A program made the position numbers and the translations under genes. The notes below the pieces were generated by a model. That model did not search any database, was not told the origin of the DNA, and was given only the letters and a program-made list of their open reading frames with translations. Positions 35,396 through 48,699 of a stretch of 64,000 bases of DNA are shown one piece after another. The stretch comes from Mobula hypostoma. Its lineage: Eukaryota. The DNA is taken from positions 230,890,001 to 230,954,000 of the forward strand of contig NC_086097.1 of the NCBI RefSeq assembly GCF_963921235.1. The letters are read 5' to 3'. Each line of letters begins with the position of its first letter. The first letter of the stretch is position 1.

Positions 35396-35707
35396 TAAGG
35401 CATCCGTTAGTCTTGCGAGACCATGGATCTGCGCCTGGAAAGTCTTCACTCTCCAGGGCGCAGGCCTGGGCAAGGTTGTATGGAAGACCAGCATTTGCCC
35501 ATGCTGCAAGTCTCCCCTCTCCACGACACTGATGTTGTCCAAGGGAAGGGCATTAGGACCCATACAGCTTGGCAGCAGTGTCGTCGCAGAGCACTGTATG
35601 ATTAAGTGCCTTGCTCAAGGACACAAGGCGCTGCCTTGGCTGGGGCTCGAACTCACTACCTTCAGATCGCTAGTCAAACGCTTTAACACTTGGCCACATG
35701 CCCACAC
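35396..35707 (-). mobile_element. Full-length tRNA-headed, RTE-tailed SINE
   Basis: Minus strand has A box tggccaagtgttaaagcg, B box gagttcgagccc, CORE-like tgtgtccttgagcaaggcacttaa, and a 3' 48 nt matching the RTE 3'UTR at 21818-21865. Confidence 0.88.
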
Positions 35708-36370
35708 ATACTGTCCACATATTCTGATTGTCTGGTGGAGTCAGGAGTGTAACAAGCTGATAGCCTTTGTCTGCTGGGGGTGGGGTGCTTTGGGGTTCTT
35801 CCATTTAACTGTCATTTATTCTCTGGAGCACTCTTCCGTTTTCGTGGATGTTTGCGAAGAAAAAGATGTTCAGGATGTGTATTGTATACATTTCTCTGAC
35901 ATTAAATGTACCTATTGAACCTACCTATTGAAAATATGTTTCCAGATACAGGCAGAAGCATTGCAACTACAATAATATAAAGACCAAATTGGATTATTCC
36001 ATCGATGAAGAACATGGAATATTACAGCACAGTACAGGCCTTTCACCCCATGATGTTATGCTGACCTTTTAATCTACTCTAAAGATAAATCTAATCCTTC
36101 CCTCCTACATAACCCTCCATTTTTCTATCATCTATGTGCCAAGAAATCCAGTAGGAACATGTCACCCAAACCTAGCAATATACAATGCAAAGGATTCAAA
36201 GTACATTTATTATCAAAGGGTGTATAAATCATACAGCCCTGAGATTCATCTCCTTACAGGCAGCCACAAGGCAAGAAACTTAAAAACAGACTAACACCCA
36301 ATGTGTAGAGAAAGAAGAAAAAAAAAACGAATCACACAAACAATAAAAGCGAGCAACAGCATTCCAAACT

Positions 36371-36564
36371 CCGCTGCCTCAGAAGGCAGTGGAGGCCAAT
36401 TCTCTGGATGCTTTCAAGAAGGAGCTAGATAGGTATCTTATGGATAGGGGACAAGGCAGGAACGGGGTATTGATAGTAGATGATCAGCCATGATCTCAGA
36501 ATGGCGGTGCAGGCTCGAAGGGCCGAATGGTCTACTTCTGCACCTATTGTCTATTGTCTATTGT
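36371..36564 (+). mobile_element. CR1 3' end with 6-bp TSD
   Basis: (ctattgt)n tail. caaact at 36365-36370 and 36565-36570. Confidence 0.85.
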
Positions 36565-36587
36565 CAAACTAAATTGAGCCTCTACTC

Positions 36588-37213
36588 CGGTGATGAATAT
36601 CTGTTATCTGTCAAGTAGGGGATCGTGCACAATCCTGATTAGATGGAGACAGACGTGAGAGCACAGTGGAACATCTGGAAAACTTCTGAAATGACTGCTT
36701 TGCTACCACTGTTACTGTGTGGTAACCGGAATCTCTGGAGCTGAAGGCCTCGAAATCCTCGGCTTTGCATGTTTCAGCGGCCGGGGAGAGGTCGAAGGCG
36801 CTCGGGAGGCTGTATCGGAGAGGCTGCTTGGAAGCTCGGTGTTTTCGGATGGATGGACTCAGGGTCGGCTGGGGTCGGCTACTTCCAAGGTATCGGCAAG
36901 TTGACGGTGCCTGGAGGTTTATGGCAAGGAGTTTCTCCCTTTTGCCGCCTGTTATTGGGAGTCGATCGACTCGGGACTTTGAGAACTTTTTTTTTTACTG
37001 CGCCTATGGACTGTTCTTCATCAAATTATGGTACTGCTTTGCACTGCTGTAACTATATGTTATAATTATGTGGTTTTGTCAGTGTTAGCCTTTGGTTGGT
37101 CTTATTTTCTGTGATATCACTCTGGACAAACATTGTATCATATCTTAATGCATGTATGCATTTCTAAATGACAATAAAAGAGGACTGAGTGTTCTCATAA
37201 TCTAATCTAATCT
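36588..37213 (+). mobile_element. Non-coding retroposed element with gacaataaa and (aatct)n tail
   Basis: CpG-rich body, aaatgacaataaaagagg...aatctaatctaatcta end, no RT homology. Confidence 0.6.
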
Positions 37214-38473
37214 AGTTCCAAATCCCGGAGTAGACGGAGCAGGCCCATAGCCTTGGTCTATATTGTGGGGCAAATCATCGTGAAGCTTGCAGAGGCAAAT
37301 ACGTGGCAGCTGGAGCAATCTCACAGCCTCAGAGCCGAAGAAAGCAAAGTAAAATGTTGTGGAACTAAACTGGCTCGACCCTCGTCTCCTGTTGCCAAAA
37401 CCCTGCCTTTTCAGTCCATCCTTGCAATCTATATTTGTTCACTAATCACAATACTGTAAGGTGATTTGAAATGCTTCAAAATAATTATTGTATTGGAAAT
37501 ATTAAAACCTTCCAAGTTGAGCAGATTTAATTAATCTAAGATTAGTCAAAGTAGTGGAATAGATCAAAGAATTCCAAATATATTATTTGACACTGATTTA
37601 TACATTAAAAAAAAATCACACTTGCCACCATTGGGTTTCTGCCAATTATAAGTATTTCTGATTCTGCAGATTAAGCTTCTTTACCATTAAAAAATACTTA
37701 CTAGGAAAATAATAAGGGTAAGGCAATGCTTAGTTTTGGTGATAAACTCAATTTCAGAAGTATTAGTAAAAGATTACCATTCTTAATTATGCTAATATGG
37801 AAACAATTGATTTATCATTTGAGAAACCAATCCAATTTTAAGAGCAATTTGTATTTGGTATAAAAATCATGCCTTAAGTAAATATTTTACACCCTGTCTG
37901 TGTTTGTGAGCTCTTCAGTGCCCGTGCTCCTTTTAAAGACGTGACGCAAGTGTTGGTAATTAACCTATGGGCAAAATTCTAGGTGCACTCTTTTCCCTGG
38001 TAGAAACTTCACACCACTGAATGCACATAAATAAATCCATTTAACATCAAAGGGAACAACCATCCTCTCACAGGAAAATGTTACATAACAATACTTTTCA
38101 TTATAACCCATCCGAATTATATGATAGCAAAGCAGAGAAATGAATCCCACATTTTTACAGGAGAGTTTGAAGTGGCAGAGATAGCCTGTGGCAAGACACA
38201 TTGAATGCTGTGCTTCTTCTGATTTCTGTAACGTCTATATCCACTCAATCAGCATACATCTGGTGAGGGCAAACTCATGAATTCCAAATATTCTGTGAAA
38301 ATACTTGCCTGAAATGTGCAGGAGGCATCAATATTAGTTTCTGCTATTGAATCTACTCTGACCTTTTGGGGCAGAGGGGATGGCAATAATTAAATCAGGG
38401 CACAATATATGCTCACGTTGCACATGGTGTGATGCAATTCCACCTGGAGAATGGGAGTGCTGAATTGCTAGAA

Positions 38474-39010
38474 ATCATAGAAACACAGAAATCTACAGCA
38501 CAGTACAGGCCTTTTGGTCTACAATGTAACAGCTTAGAATTTCCTTACCACATTATCCCCTCTATTTTTCCAACCTCCATGTAACTATTTGAGAGTCTCT
38601 TAAAACACCCTGTTGTATCCACCTCTACCACCGCCTCTGGCAGTGCATTCCATGCACTCACCATTCCCCGTGTGAAAAACTTACCTCTGACAACCCTTTG
38701 TACCTACGTCTAAGCCCCCCCTCGTGCTAGTCATTTCAGCCCTGGGAAAAGGCCTCCGGCTATCCACGCTATCAATGCCTCTCATCATCTTATATATCTC
38801 GATCAGGTCATCTCTCATCCTCCGCCGCTCCAAGGAGAAAAGGCCAAGTTCACTCAACCTATTCGCATAAGGCAGGCTCTGCAATCCAAGCAACATCCTT
38901 GTAAACCTCCTCTGAACTCTCTCTATAGCAACCCCATCCTTCCTGTAGTGAGGTGACCAGAACTGAACACAGTACTCCAAGTGGGGTCTAACTAAGGTCT
39001 TATATAGCTA
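38474..39010 (-). mobile_element. CR1 3' fragment
   Basis: ORF 38681-38980 LEYCVQFWSPHYRKD...ERVQRRFTRM. Confidence 0.9.
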
Positions 39011-39759
39011 GGAACTTCACAGTTTTATTCCTGTACCGCTGCTATTTGCCTTTTTTAATTGGGTATTAACTTTGTGCTTCATTCCCTTTCCAAGTATGAA
39101 AAGGTAGAGGCTTGTAGAGTGTTTTCACAGTTTTGGCACTTTAAATTAGTTCTCTGAAAGCAATTAAAATGATGAAGAGACAATATAAAACTTCAAAAAA
39201 ATAACATAAATACATTTAAACTTCAGCAACAATAAAAATGAAAACATTTAGTTAAATGAAACCTGAAAATAGCCATCAAACAAATGGATTTGAAGCATTC
39301 GCAAATCACTACATGTCAAGCATTATGTGGCCCAAATTATTGTTGGATGTGCCTTCCCATCATTAAATACTGCATGTTATGATAGAGAATAATGCAAGAG
39401 ACTCCAGAGGGACTCTCCATCATGGGCGTTGTGTTTAGCAACTTTCCACAGCATCATGGCTACCTTCGAGAGATGGACTTTCAAGAAGGCAGTACCCATT
39501 GCTCAGGACCCTCACCATCTAGGACAAGCACTCTCCTCCTTACTAACAATGGGAAGGAGATACAAGAGCCTAAAGACCCTACTTTAGGGTTTAGGAACAA
39601 CTTCTTCCCCTCTGCCATCAGATTTCCGAAAGGTCCACAAAACTAAGAACCCTATCTCATTATTCTAAACCCAATAATATCACTGCATTATTCTTTTTGC
39701 ACCATTGCCACAATTGTCATGAACCATTCAGCTATTGGTGTTTTTAGTTTGCATGTGCA

Positions 39760-40810
39760 CCACAGAGTCATACAGCAGGGAAACAGCCACTTTGGCCCAA
39801 TGCACCTATACTAACTGTGCTGTCCAGCAAGTTAGTCCCATCTACCCATGCTTGACTCATAACTCTCTAAACTCTCCTATCCATGTACTGACCTAGATGG
39901 CTTTTAAAAGTTGCCAATATCCCTGCCTCAACCATTAATTCTAGCAGCTTATTTCAAATATGCACCACCCTTTGTGTGAAGAAGGTATCCCTGATGACTC
40001 TTTTAAATCACTCAGTTATCTTCTGCTTATGGTGTCTTGTTTTTAGCACTGCCTCCCTGACCAAAAAGACCATGTGCTTTCACCCTGTCTACGTCTCTCA
40101 TTATCTTATATACATCTATCGGTCACCTCTCGATCTCCTATGCTCCAGGGAATAAAGTTGTAGTTGATGCAACCTCTCCTTGTAACTTAGGCCCCCAAAT
40201 CCAGACAATGTCATGGTAAATCTTTTCTGCACCTCTTCTAGTTTAATAACATCTTTCCTGTAACAGGGCAACCAAAAGTGTACAAAATACACCAACTGTG
40301 GCCTCACCAGCCTCTTCAATAACTGCAACAAAACTTTCCAACTTCTGTACTCAGTACCATGAACTATGGAGACCAGCAATACCAGATGCCTTCTTCATCT
40401 CTCTATCTGTGGCCTGTTTTCAGTGAACTACAAACTTGTACTCCTCAGACCCTCTATTCCATAACATTTCCCATGTCCTACCCTATTTTGAGCTCCCAAG
40501 TTACAATATCTCACATCTTCAATGTTGTATAAGTATCTTCCTCCATTAATCTTCAGGTAGTAAGTTCACGATTTCATCTTCAGGATGAAGAACTTCATCC
40601 TCAAACACCCTCTAAATCTCCTTCCCTTAAACATGCTCCTGCCATCATTGTTTTGAACACCCATTCATGACTCCGTTCAGCCTCATCTGCTCTAAGGAAT
40701 ACAAACCCAGTCGCATAACTGAAACATTCCATTCCAGGCAACATCCTGGTGAATCTCCTCCATAGCTTCCCAATCTCTCATGTTTTTCCCATAGTGTGGT
40801 GATCAGAATC
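39760..40810 (-). mobile_element. Two adjacent decayed CR1 3' fragments
   Basis: ORF 40116-40379 (LVRPQLVYFVHFWLPCYRKD). A second tail-proximal piece from about 40520. Confidence 0.75.
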
Positions 40811-41069
40811 CAAATGCAGTAGATCGATTCTTTGGATAAAGGGGTTGTCCTGTCATGAGAGATTAAGACTACTTGAATTTTACAAGTACTAGTGATCCGA
40901 GTGTGCTTGAGAGGGAAAATTGCTGGAAGCTAATTCTAGCTATGGAATTTGTCACCTTATGGGAGAATGAGGAAGCATCTTCATGTCCACATCACAAATT
41001 GCATTCCCATCATTTAACACCATATCTTTTGTACTTTCATTACCAAACATTTATACAAACTATAATAAA

Positions 41070-41795
41070 CTGGACCACCACACTGATCCTCGCTGCAATT
41101 TGCCTATCACAATAGGTCCACAGTAGATGTGATCTCACCTGCCCTCCACTAAGCCTTGGACTGTTTGGACAACAGGAATACCTACATCAGGCTGCTGTTT
41201 ATTGATTGCAGCTCAGTGTTCAACACCCTCAGTACGAATCAACAAGCTTCAGAACCTGGGCCTCTGTACCTCCGTCTGCAACTTGATCCTTGACTTCCTC
41301 ATCTAGAGACCACAGTCATTATAGATTGGAAATAACATCTCCTCCTGCTGACAATCAACATCAGTGCACCTCGATGATGCATGCTTGACTCTCTCCACAC
41401 CCTAGACTGTGTGGCTAGGCATAACTCAAACTTCGTCTATAACTTTGCCAACGACACAATGATTCTTTGTAGAATTTCAGATGGTGACAAGGAGGCACGC
41501 AGGAGTGAGACAGATCAGCTGGTTGAGTGGTATCACAACAACCTTGTTCTCAGTGTCAATAAGACTAAGGAGTTGACTGTAGACCAGGAAGGCAAAGTCG
41601 AGGGATCAGAGGTAGAAAGCATGAGCAGTTTCAAGTTCCTGGCTGTCAACATCTCTGAAAATCTATCCTGGGCCCAACATATTGATACAATTACAAAGAA
41701 GGCACAACAGCCACTATATCTTATTAGGAGTTTGAGGTGATTTGCTGTATCACCAAAGGTTCTAGCAAATTTCTACAGATGTACCATGGAGCGCT
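41070..41795 (+). mobile_element. Rex1/Babar LINE RT fragment
   Basis: YIRLLFIDCSSVFNT, and ORF 41381-41740 (YNFANDT...LSVNKTKEL...SFKFL). Confidence 0.85.
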
Positions 41796-43592
41796 ATTCT
41801 TTTTAATGGAATCTGCCTTTGGACCTTTAATCTGCAAATGACACCAGCATCAGTCTCATTGCACACACTGCCCTGCATCTGGAAAGCAAAATGCAAAAAT
41901 GCTCGTCAGTACGTAGTGGCTTCCAGTTTTCAAAACTATTCCTTATAAAGGTGAGAGCCAAAGTTTGGATTCACTGTTCAGCATAGCAGTGGCTTTGTGT
42001 CATAGTTTGCTTTGCAGCTGATTTGCCAGGGTCTATGATGAAGGCTCATACATCTGGCTGTCACACTTCAGAGACTCTGGACTCAATGGTGATCACATAG
42101 TGTAGTGGCTATTCTAACAAACCAATGCTGCTAATGGTGACCACCACAGATTGTTATCCTTGGGCAATGTGCCCTTCAATTACTCTAGTAAAAATGTTCC
42201 AAAAGTCTAAGAACTATATTTGATCTTTAATTAGCAACTGTAAAACACACAATCTTGAAGCAACAGAACTTTAAGCATAATTAAGCAAAACTAAGCGATC
42301 AACAAAAGCTATGATATCCGTAGGTCTCCAGCTCCAAACTGCCCAGAACAAAGCATGAATACGTAACTTATTCCCTTCGCTTTTACCACGCCCCCACTCA
42401 CATGACTAGTTACCATAATATACACAATAAACGTCCAAAACAGAATACAGTGCATATAGAAAACAGATGCCTGGCTCCTACACATTGCATGGAACCGCAG
42501 TGTAATGTAGCTGAGAGAGTTGCAGACTTAAAGCCTCAGCAATCAGTAGGGTAAAGAATTGTACCCCTGGCGGTCAGGAATCTGACCTGTGGACCATGCG
42601 CAACTGTGCTGGTCTAGTTCGTGTATGCCTGTTGTTGCTGTCACTGCCCTAAAGTAACTGAGGTGGACTGCGTTCCGAAAGCAGTGTACACACTGGACGG
42701 TTGAGAACAGCAATTCCTTAGGTTACCGATTAGTAAGGATGTTCAAAGGTTATGGGGAGAAGCCAGAAGAATAGGATTGTGAGAGAATCAGCCATGATTG
42801 AATGATGATAGAGTAGACTTGATGGGCCAAATGGCCTAATTCTGCACTGGGTGTTGTGGTCTTATGTTCTACCAGGCAACTGGCAATGCCATGTTAGTTA
42901 TCATACAAGGGCTCAGTGGGACTTACTAGCACATGGAACCATTGAACAACAAGTGATCTCTTATCTGGCTGTCTGTGTTATTTTGGGCCTGAGGTAATGG
43001 CAGACAATGTAGATTGTCTCAGGGGCCTCGACCCCACTGTACACTATACCAAAAAAATTCTGTGTTGGTTGGACTGTAGGTGAATAAAAATATCCATTTC
43101 CAGAATGTAAACTTTCTGTATTGTCTATTTTTCAGGAGCTAGCAGGTAAATGTTATTTAATTAGAGCAATATGAACACAGTAATTGGATTCATTCCAACA
43201 CTACAATGCCTTTGTTGTCAAAAACTTTTGGCATCACACATTAGTCTATTGAAAATCGGTTTATTCAATCCGTACCTATAAGTGCAAAAAAAGAGAGTAA
43301 GAAATCATAACAAACGCATTTGGGCAAGTGATCAGATTTGGAGTCACTACAAATGTTTAGACTGCTGCCTTTGTACCAGATTCTGTAACTGCATTCATAT
43401 AATTTCTTTTAATAAGCTTTGATGATATTAATATAATTCTATTTGTGTTTAATGTCTTTCTTTTTGAACAAGGCAGTTTACACTTCTCAGAAGCACCAAT
43501 ATGCTAATATCATTTGTAACGTATTTAACTCTGAACAGAACTTGTTGACGATAGCAGCATGCTATCTGTGTTCGCTGCAGACTTACAGTCAA

Positions 43593-44206
43593 CTGGTTCC
43601 TAAGGTTGTCATAATGGGGGGGGGGGCGGGGGAGGGAAGGTGAGGGGTTAATGCAGGTAAACTCACCCTAAGTATTAAATTAATACCAATGACATTCGTC
43701 TCAATTACCCTTTGACAACCAGGTCCACTCCAAGACTTTATATGTGGCTTAATTACTAAGCCTGGTGGAACAGTTTCTACTGACAGGAGAAGGGGCAAAG
43801 GGGGGAGGAGCTACTGGTGCATTAAAACCCAGTTGCTTTGGGCAGATGGGGCTCCTCCACCATGGTTGGCAGCTCATGTAGAAGCAAAACTCTGATCTCA
43901 AACCTCCACTGCCTTGCAGCTATACCCATTCTTGGGGAAGACTGCGGAAGTATCCCTTGAGGAAAAATCTGGAGCTGGAGTCCCTAACATAGTCCTGTGG
44001 TGAGTTCAATGCTGACTGGCAACTCCTGCGACACCACAGGTACCAACTGTATCAGTCTCCGCTGTTCCTAGTGGATTCATAAGGTGCGTGGAGAGGGGGA
44101 ACCTGCTGCATGAGCAACAGTTTGCTCTCCATATTGTGTGTACTGACTTGTGTATTGACTTCGACACAAACTGCTAGGACACAACATCCTGATCAATGGA
44201 GGGCTT
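43593..44206 (+). mobile_element. RTE-derived non-autonomous element (copy 2)
   Basis: Colinear with 18321-18850. Contains gcgtggagaggggga...gcatgagcaac, a segment also present in the RTE-tailed SINE. Confidence 0.7.
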
Positions 44207-45103
44207 TAAATAGCTCAACAATAAACTTGCAGACACCTATGAACTTGAAGTTTCTGGATCCACTGATGAGATTTGCAAAAGGAAACCATCTCTATTTTAA
44301 GCAGTGTCTCTCTCTATGAAGACAACATGATGCAATATCATCTTGTTTATGGGCCAGAACAAGCTGCGTCATTGATACAGCTGAAAGAACCTTCAACATC
44401 CAACTAAGCCATGTTTGCAGGCTTTACCAACTATTAGGGAATTCTTGAAACATTCAGAAATGGTTAAAAATCAATGCATCAATTAAACATTAAAATAATT
44501 GAAGATTGGTAAAATTATAACTATTAAAACTAATACTTAACTGAGCTCAACTGTTTGCAAAATCACAAATTAATCAAAATTTACCTATTTTCTCACAATG
44601 ACTCCTCTCCATTGAATTCATCACTGCATAGGTCCTGCACATCTTTCAGAGAATCACAACATATGCATATCCCTTTGCTTGACTCCAAGTAGAGTCCAGT
44701 ACTAAAGTGAAGTCAGCAAGTTCAGGACTTGAACATTCATGCAGGAGTTCTGAACCTCCTGCCATTATGGAAGTATGGAGTGCAATGCAGGCAGTTCAGG
44801 AAGGACTGATCCCCATGTACTACTCAATTTTTTCTAAGGATTTCCACAAGGTGGGCAACAGTGTTTCTGCTGAAGCTGGTGTAAAGACATAAAAAGACTG
44901 AATCAGAACACAGTGCTACCAGCATGCCTTCTGCCACACTTTTTTCTGACTCCCAGAATAAGACCAGCACTGTTTTTATTCAAGGGTTGCATCACAAGAG
45001 TCCTGGATATTGAACCAGAATCAGACTTATTACCACTGACTTATATGATGTAGACTGCTTCCCTTAAACCTGACAGATTTGATTAAGAAGCCAAAGATCT
45101 GGA

Positions 45104-46046
45104 ATAGTCATAGTCATAGTCATACTTTATTGATCCCAGGGGAAATTTGTTTTCGTTACAGTTGCACCATAAATAATTAAATTGTTATAAAACCATAAAT
45201 AATTAAATAGTAATATGTAAATTATGCCAGGAAATAAGTCCAGGACCAGCCTATTGGCTCAGGGTGCCTGATCCTCCAAGGGAGGAGTTGTAAAGTTTGA
45301 TGGCCACAGGCAGGAATGACTTCCTATGATGCTCTGTGTTGCAACTCGGTGGAATGAGTCTCTGGCTGAATGAGTCTCTCCTGTGCCCACCCAGTACATT
45401 ATGTAGTGGATGGGAGACATTGTCCAAGATGGCATGCAACTTGGACAGCATCCTCTTTTCAGACACCACTGTCAGAGAGTCCAGTTCCATCCCCACAACA
45501 TCACTGGCCTTATGAATGAGTTTGTTGATTCTGTTGGTGTCTGCTACCCTCAGCCTGCTGCCCCAGCACACAACAGCAAATATGATAGCACTGGCCACCA
45601 CAGACTCGTAGAACATTCTCAGCATCGTCCGGCAGATGTTAAAGGACCTCAGTCTCCTCAGGAAATAGAGACGGCTCTGACCCTACTTGTAGACAGCCTC
45701 AGTGTTCTTAGACCAGTCCAGTTTATTGTCAATTTGTATCCCCAGGTATTCGTAATCCTCCACCATGTCCACACTGACCCCCTGGATGAAAACAGGGGTC
45801 ACCGGTACCTTAGCTCTCCTCAGGTCTACCACCAGCAACTTAGTCTTTTTCACATTAAGCTGCAGAAAATTCTGCTCACACCATGTGACAAAGTTTCCTA
45901 TCATAGCCCTGTACTCAGCGTCATCTCCCTTGCTGATGCATCCAACTATGGCAGAGTCATCTGAAAACTTCTGAAGATGACAAGACTCTGTGCAGTAGTT
46001 AAAGTCCGAGGTGTAAATGGTGAAGAGAAAGGGAGACAAGACAGTG
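45104..46046 (-). mobile_element. Relatively young Rex1 LINE, same subfamily as 7890-9120
   Basis: (atagtc)n tail, LQKFSDDSAIVG motif, near-identical to 8190-9120 in reverse complement. Confidence 0.93.
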
Positions 46047-46851
46047 TATGAAATCAAATAGTTACAGATCGACTGAGAGAAAGGAAACAGGCTAAAGCAG
46101 GGCAGTGCATGGAAGGGCTGGTGAAGGAGAATTCCATCAGGAATTATAGTCTGGTAAAGCGCAAGATTGAAGAGATCGAAAAATACTTTGTGGGATCTGG
46201 AGCAGCCCTTAGGAGACTGCTTTTCTGGATATGTTCTCACGTAGTCCGCCAAAATTGGTGAGGCTCTCTCAGGATGACAAACACACTGCTTATATTTCAA
46301 CTCAATTGAGGACAACTAAAAGGGCTTTACATGTCTCTTGAAATCAAGGTTTTATAAATATCAAACTACATCATCAAGTTGGAAGGCAGACACAGTCGTA
46401 ATTTTATGTCTCCACGTGCCGCATTCTTGTTTGAATAAACATGGTTCCATGATATTTTTTCTTTAAATAAGGTTGGATCTCTTCAATTACTCCATTTGAA
46501 TCCTAGACTACACCTAGACAGAAACAGTCCAAGCTGACCTGATCTTCTGGCTAATCCCATCCATCCGCAGCTGGACTACATCCCTCCATATCCTTCTCTT
46601 CCAAACTTCTCCTAAATGTTCCATTTGAAACCGCATCTACCACTTCCACTGGCAGCTCGGTCCACGCTTGTATCACCCTCCAAGTGAAGGTTCCTCTCAG
46701 ACTAGACTGATCCTTTTGTGAAATGCTAATGTCAAGATATAGTATAAAGCTCAAGGTTACTGCAAATGAAATTCACTTTGTGATACCATGCAGTGAGCAA
46801 GGTATTAGCTATGCATATGATACATTGGTTTCTTAAAAATATTTCCAGAAG

Positions 46852-47100
46852 TTTAAAGTTCAAAGTACATTTATTATCAAAGTGTGTATACAGAATACAA
46901 CCCTGAGATTTGTCCTCCTGCAGGCAGCCACAAAACCAAGAAACACCATGGAACCTGATCCTGGAAAAAAATCATCAAACACCCACTGTACAAAAAGAAG
47001 GACAAATTCCACAAACAGTGAAAAGTGAGTGAACAATACATAGAATATTAAACATCAAACCAGAAGTCCAGGAGTATTTAGTTTAGTTCAGATCAGTTCA
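46852..47100 (-). mobile_element. Rex1-tailed non-autonomous element fragment
   Basis: aaagttcaaagtacatttattatcaaagtgtgtatacagaatacaaccctgagatt...caggcagccacaaaacc. Confidence 0.65.
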
Positions 47101-48699
47101 AATGATTAGTAATGGTTAATAGCTCTGTTAATTACATTTGCAGTTGATTACTTCTAATATCAATGTACAATCATCTAAATTCTAAATTGTAAGGCATATA
47201 TGCTAATTGATAAAGATGCATGCTTATTTTATTTTGATAGGTCTGAGTCCCACTTCTAGGAGGGTAAAACATAGTAATTATTAAATATGATTAAGAACCA
47301 AGCAAGTCAGGTACTCGAGGCAACACGGCGATTATTACCATAGCAACAGCAGTCCAAGCTGTAGGATCCATTCAGCATACTGAAGCTCTATGTGTGGTGG
47401 CAGAGATGTATGTATAATTACTTCTTTAATTTGAACTTTGTAATGAGAGATCATTATGTTGATATTATTAGATCATATCATGGAGAACTAATCAGCTCTC
47501 CTTTCTCCGTCTTTCAACAGAATCATTGAAACAAAAAGCAAATCTTTGCATTTACATGATGCCCCAGGCATCGATTTTTGAATGGTTAATTCTGTAACAC
47601 ATTTTATCTAAATATTCTGTGCTAATTTAAAGCTCTGTACAAAACTTCAACTAAATATTCCTTGCAAATTTTGCCACATCTGGTAATAGCTTTATATTTA
47701 AAATCTTGAGGGATTGCAAAAATAGCAAATAGTTGATTTGCTAAGTTATCACAGCAAAGAATTGGAATGTCATACACTTTAAACCAATGGTCCGGTGCAA
47801 ACTTTAGCCATCAAAAAGGCAGCTTAAAACCTGGGTATAAAACAGCTATAATTTGATGCAAATGTCAAATCTGGAGCAGATATACTTTAATCGGATGTGA
47901 ATGCTCACTGCTGAAGAGATTTGATAAATTATCAGTCACATGCCAGGTAATCCCACAAGAAGCAGTCCAGAATCCACAAGAACCACCGTGTTTCATCACA
48001 GCACTATACTGCACACTGTGAAACTGCATCTTCAAAGAGATTCATATCGACCAAATAATTTTAACCATTTTCATTAAAGCAAGAACAGGCCATATACTGT
48101 ATGGTATATCTGTCGTAGTTTCTTCCAAATAACAGGCATGTGTGTACTTACAATTTCAGTTGAATAGAAACCATAATTAAGATAACTATTCAATCTGGAA
48201 ATACTGCTCGTCTTGCATCACCGAAATCTCAAAGAGTTGCTAGGTTATATGAATTTTATTGAAAATAGGTGGCATCTACTGAGAAATTATCAGTGATATG
48301 CAGCAAATTTATATCCTCGCAACTACGCAACTATTTATACCATGAAATAACTACTTGTTATCAAAACAACCTGGGCTAGGAATTATCAAGTGCATATAGA
48401 GACACTTTAAAGACTGATGCTGTGCAAAGACCCCCAGCAGTGATATTGCATTGGACAAAGTACATCTCCCATGCATCCCTCCTGCAAACTTCCAAGATAT
48501 AGATGTGATCAAAATGGCCTTTCAAATGGAATCCCACACATAGACCTTTTGTCTAATATTGTCTATTAGATCTATATTCTTTGCAAATTTGAAGAATGAA
48601 TATTGACCACATTGAAACATACGAGCTCCTAAGGGACATGTCAGTATAGATTTGAAGATGTTTCTACGAATGGGAAAAGCTCAAATCATTAAACTCAGT

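Larger units (their letters stand above)
36192..37420 (-). mobile_element. Rex1-tailed non-autonomous element split by two younger inserts
   Basis: caaagtacatttattatcaaag...ccctgagattcatctcc start. Body appears to resume at 36565-36587 and 37214-37420. Confidence 0.55.

Noticed and set aside
35640..35707. tRNA-like sequences here and at 59659-59725, 61155-61225 and 285-349
   Set aside because: SINE heads; no complete cloverleaf, and they continue directly into SINE bodies.
42196..42482. Possible solo LTR (TG...CA, non-coding)
   Set aside because: No TSD, PBS or second copy in the window to support it.
46068..46257. Plus-strand open frame (DRLRERKQAK...KIEEIEKYF...) ending at gtgagg
   Set aside because: No pyrimidine tract at the acceptor, and the opposite strand (DLFNLALYQTIIP) could equally be an ancient LINE remnant.
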